DNA from: Candidatus Sumerlaeia bacterium
GTDB taxonomy: Bacteria > Sumerlaeota > Sumerlaeia > SLMS01 > JANRJK01
Direction of reading: 5' to 3'
DNA length: 64,000 bases
Assembly (NCBI GenBank): GCA_033764015.1
Contig: JANRJK010000021.1
Coordinates: 3,291-67,290 of the forward strand
The position numbers were made by a program, and so were the translations under genes. Within the stretch, counting starts at the first letter, position 1, and each line of letters starts with the position of its first letter. This document shows positions 27,146 through 35,116 of this stretch, piece by piece. The notes below the pieces were generated by a model. The model ran no database searches and was not told the origin of the DNA. It was given only the letters and a program-made list of their open reading frames with translations.

Positions 27146-27154
27146 GCGGCGGGG

Positions 27155-28738
27155 TTACTGGGCGTTACGCTCCCATACATCGTACGCGCCCATCCCGAGA
27201 ACCCGACGGCTACCGGGCAGGCCGTCGGGGAACTCGGCGGCGCGGACGAGTGCGCGCGCGCCGGGAGGCTCCGACGCCAGTGAGGCGAGGAGCCCCTCCT
27301 TCGAATAGTGAGGCTCGACGAGGGCCGGCTCCGGGGAGAAGTACGAGAGGACCCAGTGCGGGAGCGGGTCGCCGGCGTCGTAAACGTGGAGGCGCATTTC
27401 CCAGGGATGGACAAGGGCCTCGCCGCGGCCGAGCCGCGAGGGGTCGCGCTCACGGGCGATCCGGGAGGCGAGCGCGAGCAGGTCGGCGGACTGGCCCCAC
27501 CCGTGGTCGTAGCGGACGACGGCCCAGCGCGCCTGCGCGAAGGCGCCCGCCGCGAGCACCGCGGCGAGGGCGACGGGGCGCAGCCGCTCCGGGAGGAGCC
27601 GCGCCGCCGCCGCGAGGCCACCCGCCGCGAGCACCGCGGCCGGAAGCATGGCGGCCATCGTCATGCGCGGGCGCACGCTCGAGCCGAGCCCGCTCCGCAT
27701 GGTGCTGAGGGTTGCGAACAGGAAGACCGCGATGAAGGCGTAGAGGAACGCCCGCGGACCGCGGGCTCCGCTCCGCAGGGCGGCAACGGCGCCCGCGAAC
27801 GCCAGCGGGAGCAGGTAGCCGTGGTCCTTCGCGAAGGTCGTCGGAAAGACCAGGAGGCGCGAGAGCGCCGTCGAGTAGTCGTAAAAGTAGTTCTGCTCGA
27901 AGTTGATCCGGCGGCTGTTCTCCGCGAAGGCGGTGAAGGAGCCCAGGGCCAGCTTGCTCGAGACCACCCACGCCAGCGGGTACGCGGCGAGCAGGGTCGC
28001 GGACGCGAGCAGCAGGGCGGCGCCCCGGCGCTCGCCCCGGCGCGCGAGCCAACCGCCGCGCCAGAGAAGGTAAGGGCCGAGCAGCAGCCCCGCGATCCAT
28101 GCTTCGTAGCGCAGCGTCGTTCCGAACGCCAGCAGCGCTGCGCCGAACGCGAGCCAGCGCTCGCGCCGCCAGTCGCCGTCGGGCGCTTCCTGCTCCGCGC
28201 GGAACGCGGCCCAGCAGCCGTAGGCGGCGAGGAGCGGGGGGTACGCGAGCGCTTCCGCCCACGGGTTGACCGACATCCATAGGACGACCGGGGCGCAGCC
28301 GGCGAGCGCGGCCGCGACGGCCTGCTCCGGGCCCGCGCCCCAAACCTTCCCCGCGGTCCACCAAGCCGCCGCTACCAGAGCCGCGAATCCGGCGCAGGAG
28401 AGGACCGCGTTGGCGACGACGAGTGAGCCGGCGAGCCGGTACAGCAGGCCCATCGCATAGAAGTGTCCGCCGAGCCAGACGTGGTCGTGCGGCGCGAAGA
28501 AGGGGCTGGCGGCCCACGCCATGGCCGCCGCGGGGCGCGCGTACTCGTCGCCGCCCAAGAGGAACTGCGCGCTTCCACGCATCGCGGCGAAGGCCGCGGC
28601 GGGGAGCAGCGCGACCAACGCCCACACGGGGGAGGGCAGGCCGCCGGGCTCCCCGCCGGCGGGGCGGAGGAGCAAGGCGGCCAACCCCGCGAGCCCGAGG
28701 GGAATCGTGGCCCAGAGTAGCAGGGCGCTAGGAAACAC
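27155..28738 (-). CDS. Polytopic membrane protein, possible GT-C-fold glycosyltransferase
   Basis: 527 aa with about 10-12 hydrophobic segments, an acidic GGDEY loop after the early TM segments, and a soluble C-terminal domain. The function is inferred only. Confidence 0.5.
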   Translation of the reverse strand: MFPSALLLWATIPLGLAGLAALLLRPAGGEPGGLPSPVWALVALLPAAAFAAMRGSAQFLLGGDEYARPAAAMAWAASPFFAPHDHVWLGGHFYAMGLLYRLAGSLVVANAVLSCAGFAALVAAAWWTAGKVWGAGPEQAVAAALAGCAPVVLWMSVNPWAEALAYPPLLAAYGCWAAFRAEQEAPDGDWRRERWLAFGAALLAFGTTLRYEAWIAGLLLGPYLLWRGGWLARRGERRGAALLLASATLLAAYPLAWVVSSKLALGSFTAFAENSRRINFEQNYFYDYSTALSRLLVFPTTFAKDHGYLLPLAFAGAVAALRSGARGPRAFLYAFIAVFLFATLSTMRSGLGSSVRPRMTMAAMLPAAVLAAGGLAAAARLLPERLRPVALAAVLAAGAFAQARWAVVRYDHGWGQSADLLALASRIARERDPSRLGRGEALVHPWEMRLHVYDAGDPLPHWVLSYFSPEPALVEPHYSKEGLLASLASEPPGARALVRAAEFPDGLPGSRRVLGMGAYDVWERNAQ

Positions 28739-28756
28739 GCCCCGCCGCCGCCGCCG

Positions 28757-29386
28757 CTACTTTCCGCCGCCGAGCAGGTTCTTCGCGGCGTCGCCGGCCT
28801 TGCCCGCGGCCTTCTTGGCCTCTTCCGCCGCGGCGCCCGCCTTCGACTCCAGTTCCTCCAGGAGCGGCGCGTTGCGGTCGCGCAGGTCCTCGAGTTCCTC
28901 GGCGGCGGCGTCGCGCTTCTCTTCGAGGAACTTGACCAGCTCCTCGAGGCGGGAGCGGTCGCCGTCCTTCAGCTTGGCGGCTTCCTGCTTCGCCGCCTTG
29001 AGCTTGCCGTCGAGGTCGCCGAGGCTCGCGCGGACGTCATCGAACGCCTTCTGGACCGACTCCGGGGTGCGGGACTTGGCGTCCGCGAGCTGCTTTTCGA
29101 GGGCCGCGAAGCTGCTGTTGAGCTTCTCGTTCAGCTTGGCCAGCTCGCCGCCGTAGGAGCCGTCGATCTGCTCGGCGAGGCCGGCGATGGACTTGTCGAT
29201 ATCCTTGAAGGCGGATTGCGCCGCGTCGCCAAGGTCCTCGGCGGCGGCGCGGGCGCCTTCGCCGAGTTGCGCGATGGCCTTCTGCGCGTCCTTCTGCGCC
29301 TTGCTGGCGGGGGGCTCCTCCGCCTTCTGGCAGGCGGTGAGTGTTGCGACGGACGCCAGCGCGAGCGCGGCGAGGGTGGTCTTCAT
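28757..29386 (-). CDS. Lipoprotein with apolipoprotein-like / coiled-coil repeats
   Basis: ATG 29386 is preceded by AAAGGAA. The signal peptide ends in a lipobox (MKTTLAALALASVATLTAC). The remainder is an Ala/Lys/Glu/Asp-rich amphipathic helical sequence. Confidence 0.6.
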   Translation of the reverse strand: MKTTLAALALASVATLTACQKAEEPPASKAQKDAQKAIAQLGEGARAAAEDLGDAAQSAFKDIDKSIAGLAEQIDGSYGGELAKLNEKLNSSFAALEKQLADAKSRTPESVQKAFDDVRASLGDLDGKLKAAKQEAAKLKDGDRSRLEELVKFLEEKRDAAAEELEDLRDRNAPLLEELESKAGAAAEEAKKAAGKAGDAAKNLLGGGK

Positions 29387-29418
29387 GGGTGCGTTCCTTT
29401 GGAGGGTTGCGGCGGGAA

Positions 29419-29898
29419 TCAGTTGAAGTGGCGCCAACTGCCGACGACGGGGTAGGTGTAGGTTTCGCCGTTGAACGCCTTGATGCCGGCGATGATGCGG
29501 AGGACGGCGTAGGCGACGCCGACGACGAGCATTATCGGCACGAACAGGAACGCCGACAGGCCGCAGGTCAGGAAGAAGCTGACGAAGGCGATGGCGAGCA
29601 GGATCCAGTAAAGGATCAACAGGTTCAGGCTCTGCCGCAGGTGGTCGAAGGTGAATCCGTGGCGTTGCTTGTGGATCACGAAGAGCACGATGATCGCGAC
29701 CGTGCCGAAGATGCCCGTTCCCAAATCCAGGAGGCCCGCCAAGTGACCCAGCGCGGCGAGCTGCTTGTCCGAATCCATCAAGGGCTGGCCCGGGGAGGCG
29801 TCGCTGGGCGGCGCGGCGGGGCCGGCCTCGTAGGGCGAACCGTCCGGGCCCAGGATCGGAGGGGGCGGGGGCGGCGGGGGCGGCGGAGTTTCGGACAT
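29419..29898 (-). CDS. DUF4870-like membrane protein with an N-terminal poly-proline tract
   Basis: ATG at 29898 (MSETP10...). The core KQLAALGHLAGLL...GTVAIIVLFVIHKQRHGFTFDHLRQSLNLLILYWILL matches the DUF4870 pattern. The upstream part of the listed 268-aa ORF looks non-coding. Confidence 0.6.
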   Translation of the reverse strand: MSETPPPPPPPPPPILGPDGSPYEAGPAAPPSDASPGQPLMDSDKQLAALGHLAGLLDLGTGIFGTVAIIVLFVIHKQRHGFTFDHLRQSLNLLILYWILLAIAFVSFFLTCGLSAFLFVPIMLVVGVAYAVLRIIAGIKAFNGETYTYPVVGSWRHFN

Positions 29899-29999
29899 GC
29901 TGGCTCGGTTCGCTCCGCGGGGGGAGGATTCGCTTTGCGTCGGACTGGGGGTAAGGCTAGGGCTTTGCAGGCTCTGGATCAACCGCGAAGGGCGCCCTG

Positions 30000-30290
30000 A
30001 TGGGACAGCAGATATCGGAAAAGCGATTGAGCCACTTGGCCGGCGAGATCGTCGCCGGGGTGCGCGCCCTTCCCTCGGTGAAGTGCCGGGTGATGGAAGA
30101 CTCGCTGCGGCGCAAGCTGGTGAAGGCGATGCGGGATGAATTGTTCGTGATCGAGGAGATCGAGGCGGAGGCGCGGAAGCGTCTGCTTGCGAAGCCGAAA
30201 GCGCCCGCCGAGGGAACGATGACATGGCACCGGGAATTCACAGCTTTGAAGGCAAGGATTGCTGAAGAGCGGCGTCGTGGGGGGAAGTAA
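30000..30290 (+). CDS. DUF507 family protein
   Basis: 96 aa. The N-terminus ISEKRLSHLAGEIV and the C-terminal IEEIEAEARKRL...PAEGTMTWHREFTALKARIAEE resemble the DUF507 pattern. Confidence 0.55.
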   Translation: MGQQISEKRLSHLAGEIVAGVRALPSVKCRVMEDSLRRKLVKAMRDELFVIEEIEAEARKRLLAKPKAPAEGTMTWHREFTALKARIAEERRRGGK

Positions 30291-30344
30291 TCCCCCATGT
30301 GAGCCGACTGTGGAAAACCCGATTCGCATGTTGGTAGTGCGCTA

Positions 30345-30379
30345 AGCGGCCCCGGCTCCCCCGGGGCCGCTTTTCTTTC
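30345..30379 (+). terminator. Intrinsic terminator after the DUF507 gene
   Basis: AGCGGCCCCGG (30345-30355) pairs with CCGGGGCCGCT (30361-30371), an 11-bp GC stem with a 5-nt loop, followed directly by TTTCTTTC. Confidence 0.65.
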
Positions 30380-30594
30380 GCCCCCTAAAGCCAGAAAAAC
30401 CCAATGTTCGCGGGTTCCGCGGAGCGACCGCGTGCGCCCCGGTGCGGGCTCCCGGGCGGTGCCGCGCGGCGCTTGGCGATCACCGACAGCGCGCCTCGCT
30501 AATACAAGATGCAGTGCGCAGCACCGCTTCTGGACGCCACGGGTGGTGCAATACGGGCTGAAATCCGGCGTGCGGAAATCGTGCCACATCGCAC

Positions 30595-30626
30595 TTGACC
30601 TTCCATCTGGTCGACTCTCCGATACT
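30595..30626 (+). promoter_or_regulatory. Candidate promoter of the dcw cluster upstream of mraZ
   Basis: TTGACC at 30595-30600. The downstream -10 candidates TCCGAT (17-nt spacer) and GATACT (20-nt spacer) are both imperfect. The element lies about 50-80 nt upstream of the mraZ GTG. Confidence 0.25.
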
Positions 30627-30678
30627 CTTGTTCCCGCTGTGGGGAAATTGCCCTAAGTCACCCAAAGCCGCCCAATCC

Positions 30679-31305
30679 GTGAAGCTCCTCGCCCAACAGC
30701 TCACCGGCACCATTGTCCAGACGATCGACGCCAAGTCGCGCCTGACCGTGCCGTCGCGCTTTCTGGAGACCTTCGGGCGGTTGTCGGGGGTCGAGGGGAC
30801 CGACAACCTGGCGGTGGTCGTCTCGCTTTCCTTGCGCGGCAACATGGCGATCTTCCCCGTTCCGGTGTTCGAGCGGTTCCTCGAGGATTTGCAGCAGAGC
30901 GCGGCGGAGTCGCCCGAACTCGACGAATACCTAACGAACCTGTTGAATCATTGTGAAGAGCAATCTCTGGACGCCCAGAACCGTTTGAAGGTGCCCCAGT
31001 TGATGCTCCCGATCCTGATGCCCAAGTCGGCGGAGCAGAACGCTCCGGGCTACGATCCGGAGTTGGACTATGTGGCGAAGGTGGCGGAGGTGAAGGCGGC
31101 GGAGCGCGCGCCGTTCAACGCGGCGGTGCGGGGCTGCGGGACGTACCTCGAGGTGGCGAGCGTGACGGAGGTCTTGCAGTCGTTCGTCCAGGCGGCGTCG
31201 GCCCAGACGCGCGCGGCGGCGTCGAAGGCCGGCGTGCAAAGGAGGCTGACCACCGGTGTCTATGGAACACAGGCACGAACCGGTCATGGCGAGGCAGGTG
31301 CTTGA
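30679..31305 (+). CDS. mraZ: Transcriptional regulator MraZ (with an insertion and a C-terminal extension)
   Basis: Two SpoVT/AbrB-like repeats: TIDAKSRLTVPSRFLETF and SLDAQNRLKVPQLMLPIL. GTG 30679 gives a typical MraZ N-terminus, and the 28 codons upstream in the listed ORF look non-coding. The 3' end overlaps rsmH by about 45-50 nt. Confidence 0.75.
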   Translation: MKLLAQQLTGTIVQTIDAKSRLTVPSRFLETFGRLSGVEGTDNLAVVVSLSLRGNMAIFPVPVFERFLEDLQQSAAESPELDEYLTNLLNHCEEQSLDAQNRLKVPQLMLPILMPKSAEQNAPGYDPELDYVAKVAEVKAAERAPFNAAVRGCGTYLEVASVTEVLQSFVQAASAQTRAAASKAGVQRRLTTGVYGTQARTGHGEAGA

Positions 31306-32242
31306 GGTGTTGAACCCCTCGCGCTCCTCGGTGGTCCTGGACGGCACGCTCGGCGCCGCGGGGCACGCGCGCCTGCTGGCGGAGCGGCTCGGCCCGGAGG
31401 GTTTCCTCCTGGGGCTGGACCGCGACCCGGCGATGGCGGAGCGCGGCCGCGCGCGGCTGGCGGAAGCGTGCGCCGCGCGGACGGACGCGCCCCGGTTCGC
31501 GGTCGAGGCGCTGTCCTACGAGCGCGCCGGCGACGCGCTGGCGAAGCACGGCTTCGAGGGCGCCGACGCGATCGCGTTGGACCTCGGGCTGAATTCGATC
31601 CAGCTCGCGGACGCTTCTCGGGGGTTCAGCTTCCAGCACGACGGGCCGCTCGACATGCGCTTCAACCCGGCGGAGCCGGGCACGCCGAGCGTGGCCGAGC
31701 TGGTGGCGGACGCGACGGAGTCGGAGCTCGCCACGTGGATGCGCGAGTTCGCGGACGAGCGGTTCGCGGGGCGCATCGCGTCGGCGATCGTGCGGGAGCG
31801 CGCGAAGGCGCCGATCGCGACGACGGCGCGGCTGGCCGAGGTGGTGCGCGCCGCGGTGCCCGCCGCCGCGCGCCGCGGCCCCGTGGACGCGGCCACGCGC
31901 CCCATGCAGGCGCTCCGCATCGCGGCGAACCGCGAGTACGAAGTGCTCGAGGCGGGGCTCCGCGCGTGCCTGGCGGCGCTGCGGCCGGGGGGCGTGCTGG
32001 CGGTCATCTCGTTCCATTCCGGCGAGGACCGGCGCGTGAAGGAGGCCTTCGACGCGGTCGGCAGTCCGCGCCCGGACCCGGGGAACCCGTATTCCGCGAC
32101 GACGCGGTCGGGCCTCGAGTACGAGGTGAAGAGCCGCGGCGCGATGAAGCCCTCCGACGAGGAAGTGGCTCGCAATCCGAGGGCGCGGAGCGCGCGGCTG
32201 CGCGCGGTGCGCCGGCTGCGGCCGGGGGAGGTCCCGGCGTGA
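31256..32242 (+). CDS. rsmH: 16S rRNA (cytosine1402-N4)-methyltransferase RsmH
   Basis: HEPVMARQVLEVL, DGTLGAAGHA (SAM-binding), DLGLNSIQLADASRGFSF, and ISFHSGEDRRVK. The start is GTG 31256 or ATG 31262. Confidence 0.9.
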   Translation: MSMEHRHEPVMARQVLEVLNPSRSSVVLDGTLGAAGHARLLAERLGPEGFLLGLDRDPAMAERGRARLAEACAARTDAPRFAVEALSYERAGDALAKHGFEGADAIALDLGLNSIQLADASRGFSFQHDGPLDMRFNPAEPGTPSVAELVADATESELATWMREFADERFAGRIASAIVRERAKAPIATTARLAEVVRAAVPAAARRGPVDAATRPMQALRIAANREYEVLEAGLRACLAALRPGGVLAVISFHSGEDRRVKEAFDAVGSPRPDPGNPYSATTRSGLEYEVKSRGAMKPSDEEVARNPRARSARLRAVRRLRPGEVPA

Positions 32243-32706
32243 GGGGGCGTCGCTTCTGGCGCGAGGCGCGCCGGCAGGTGTTCGGCGGGGCGGCGACGCC
32301 GGCCCGCGATCGGCGGCGCGCGGGCGCGGACTGGCGCCACGCGCTGGCCATGGCGCCGGCGTTCGCGGTGGTGATCGGACTGGGGCTGCTGCATGTGGAC
32401 GCGGTGTTCCGGCTGCGCGACTACCAGATCCGCGCGGGTGTGGCGCAGGAGGCGGCGCTGCGCGAGCGCGACCGGGCGCGGGAGCTGGGCGCGGAGCTGG
32501 CGCGGGCGCAGGATTCGGCGCGCGTGGCGGCGGTTTCGGCGGAGGGCTCGGGCCTGGTGGAGCTGTCGCCGGAGCGGGTGGAGGAGCTGGCGCTGGCGCC
32601 GGCGGCGCGCGCCGCCTGGGCGGCCGCCGCGGAGCGCGCCCGCGCCGAGTGGCGCGCCCTGCAAGAGGACGAAAACCAGAGGAAAGGAGGACTGGATGCG
32701 CGGTAG
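32239..32706 (+). CDS. FtsL-like small bitopic division protein (positional call)
   Basis: GTG 32239 overlaps the rsmH stop (GTGA). The 155-aa product has a basic N-terminus, one TM (ALAMAPAFAVVIGLGLLHV) and a coiled-coil-like segment. It occupies the position ftsL normally holds between rsmH and ftsI. There is no sequence-specific motif. Confidence 0.45.
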   Translation: MRGRRFWREARRQVFGGAATPARDRRRAGADWRHALAMAPAFAVVIGLGLLHVDAVFRLRDYQIRAGVAQEAALRERDRARELGAELARAQDSARVAAVSAEGSGLVELSPERVEELALAPAARAAWAAAAERARAEWRALQEDENQRKGGLDAR

Positions 32707-33065
32707 GCAGCCGTCCCGCTAGGGAGGCCGCTTCCCCGACAAGACGAGGCCAGGAGCAAGAGGGTGCCCACCGGCCGGTTCAGCGTCTTCGAACCGGCCA
32801 GTCGGCCGCCGGGTGCGCAGCCCGACGATCCCGTTCCCTGTCCGAGCCCGCTCCGCGAGGATCCCGGCTCCGACGTTCCCGCTCCTGTTCCCCGTTCCGA
32901 TGCGCAATGGCCGGCTTGGCCTCGACGGGGACGTCCGTTCCCGCGGCCCGCCCGGAGACACCAAGGCGCTCCTGGCCTCCTCTTGTCGCGAGAAACGTTC
33001 GGTCGTTTCCGGGAATCGGACACCCCCCTCGCCGGCGGCATCCGGACGCATCCGGGCAGCGGGCC

Positions 33066-35111
33066 ATGTTGAAGCAGCCGCACCGCCCCGTGCTCGCCTT
33101 CTTCCTCGCGCTGTTCGCCGCGCTGGGGGTCGTGGTCGTGTTCCGGCTGCACGAGCTGCAGCTGCAGGACAAGGGCCACTACCAGGAGCGGGCGCAGTCC
33201 CAGCACGCGCGCCGCGTGGTGCTGCAGCCGGAGCGCGGCGACATCCTGGACCGCAACGGCGCGGCGCTGGCGCGCTCCGTGGGGCGCCTCAGCGTGTACG
33301 TCCACCCGGTGTACCTGCGCCCGCCGCACGCGGAGCTGGACCTGGACCGGCTGGCGACGCAGCTCTCCTTCTACACGGGGCTGACGCGCGGCGAGCTGCG
33401 CGAGCGCTTCGACCGCGACCGTCCGGTGCCGCTGGCGCGGGCGCTGCGCGAGGACGAGGCGCAGCGCATCATCGGCCTCCTCGAAATGTACGACCTGGAC
33501 GGGCGGGCCTTCTGGTTCCACCGCGAGAGCCGGCGCGTGTACCCGCGTCCGCTGGCGGCGCAGGCGGTGGGCTTCTGCGCGCGCGGGGGCGACGGCGACA
33601 ACACGGGCCTGGCGGGCGTCGAGATCGCCTTCGACAGCGTGCTCGCCGGGCGCCGCGTCGAGGGCCGCGTGGCGCGCACGGGGATCCGCCAGGCGCTCGA
33701 GCCGGTGCCGGAGCGCGACGTGCTGGCCTCGCGCGGCAACACGCTGGTGCTGACGATCGACGCGGGCATCCAGGAGGCGGCGGAGGGCGCGCTGGCGGAG
33801 GCGGTCGAGAAGTGGGCGGCGCGGGGAGCCTGCGCCGTGGCGGTGGACGTCGAGACCGGCGAGGTGCTGGCGCTCGCGAGCTACCCCACCTTCGACAACA
33901 ACAGCTTCGAGACGGCGACGGCGGAGCAGCGCCGCAACCGCGCGATCACCGATCCGCTGGAGGCGGGCAGCGTCATCAAGCTGTTCACGGCGGCCATGCT
34001 GATCGACCAGGACCTGGTGACGCCGGCGACGCTGGTGGACTGCGAGGGCGGCCGCGCGGTGATCGACCGCCGGCGCATCACCGACGCGCCGGGGCACGAC
34101 CCGCTGCACGTGGTGCCGTTCCGCGTGGCGCTCGCGTTCTCGTCGAACGTCGGCATCATCAAGCCGGCGCTGATGATGGAGAACGAGCCGTGGCACCGCT
34201 ACCTCGCGAGCTTCGGCTTCGGGCGCGACTCGTCGCTCGAGCTCGGCGGCGAGAGCGGCGGCATCCTGCACCCGGTGGAGCGCTGGACCCGGCTGAGCCG
34301 CACGTCGCTGCCGATGGGCTATGAAATCTCGGTCACGCCGCTGCAGGTCGCGCTGGGCGTCGCGGCGCTGGTGAACGACGGGCGCCTGATGCGCCCGCGG
34401 ATCGTGCGGGAGGTGCGCAGCGCCTCCGGCGAGGTGCTCGAGCGCTTCGAGCCCGAGGTGCTGCAGCGCCCGATCCGCCCCACCACGAGCGCCATCATGC
34501 GCGAGCTGATGCAGGACGTCGTGATGGACGGCACCGGCAAGAAGGCGCGCATCCCCGGCTACCTGATCGGCGGCAAGACGGGCACGACGGTGAAGAGCCA
34601 CATCCGGGACCGCAAAGAGTACATCGCGGGGTTCGCCGGCGTGGTGCCGATCGACCGTCCGCGCGTGGCGATCTACGTGTGCGTGGACGCGCCGACGAAG
34701 GCGCGCTTCGGCGGCACGATCGCGGCCCCGGCGTTCGCGCGGATCGCGCGGGCGGCGATGATCCAGCTCGGCGTGCCCCCCTCGGAGGCGGCGCCGGCGG
34801 AGGACGCGGACCTGCTCGAGGTGGAGCCGGAGTTCGACCTGCCCTCGCCGCTGTTCGCGCGCGCCGCGGAGGGCACCATGCCGGACCTGCGCGGGCTGAC
34901 GGCCGCGGCGGCGCGCCGCGCGGTGCCCGCCGGACCGGCCTCGCTCAAGCTGGTCGGAACGGGAATCGTCACCGACCAGTCGCCCGCCCCGGGCGAGCCC
35001 GTGGACCCGTCCACCGACATCTTCCTCCACTTCGAGCCGCTCTCGACGAGCGCCGCGGTGGAGGCGCTCCGCCTCGCCAACGCCACCCTCGCCGCCCCCT
35101 CCGGAGAATAG
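33066..35111 (+). CDS. ftsI: Peptidoglycan D,D-transpeptidase FtsI (class B PBP) with a C-terminal PASTA-like domain
   Basis: ATG 33066 gives MLKQPHRPVLAFFLALFAALGVVVVF (TM anchor). Motifs: the dimerisation domain, SVIK (SxxK), SSN and KTGT. The tail MPDLRGLTAAAARRAV...KLVGTGIVTDQSPAPG is PASTA-like. Confidence 0.9.
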   Translation: MLKQPHRPVLAFFLALFAALGVVVVFRLHELQLQDKGHYQERAQSQHARRVVLQPERGDILDRNGAALARSVGRLSVYVHPVYLRPPHAELDLDRLATQLSFYTGLTRGELRERFDRDRPVPLARALREDEAQRIIGLLEMYDLDGRAFWFHRESRRVYPRPLAAQAVGFCARGGDGDNTGLAGVEIAFDSVLAGRRVEGRVARTGIRQALEPVPERDVLASRGNTLVLTIDAGIQEAAEGALAEAVEKWAARGACAVAVDVETGEVLALASYPTFDNNSFETATAEQRRNRAITDPLEAGSVIKLFTAAMLIDQDLVTPATLVDCEGGRAVIDRRRITDAPGHDPLHVVPFRVALAFSSNVGIIKPALMMENEPWHRYLASFGFGRDSSLELGGESGGILHPVERWTRLSRTSLPMGYEISVTPLQVALGVAALVNDGRLMRPRIVREVRSASGEVLERFEPEVLQRPIRPTTSAIMRELMQDVVMDGTGKKARIPGYLIGGKTGTTVKSHIRDRKEYIAGFAGVVPIDRPRVAIYVCVDAPTKARFGGTIAAPAFARIARAAMIQLGVPPSEAAPAEDADLLEVEPEFDLPSPLFARAAEGTMPDLRGLTAAAARRAVPAGPASLKLVGTGIVTDQSPAPGEPVDPSTDIFLHFEPLSTSAAVEALRLANATLAAPSGE

Positions 35112-35116
35112 ACCCA

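Noticed and set aside
32649-33065. A possible 139-codon N-terminal extension of FtsI, because the frame is open upstream of ATG 33066
   Set aside because: About 30% of third codon positions are A/T in the last 27 codons, versus strongly G/C-ending codons by eye in the flanking genes. The translation is an Arg/Pro/Ser-rich sequence without a TM. MLKQPH followed by a TM anchor is the canonical PBP3 N-terminus.
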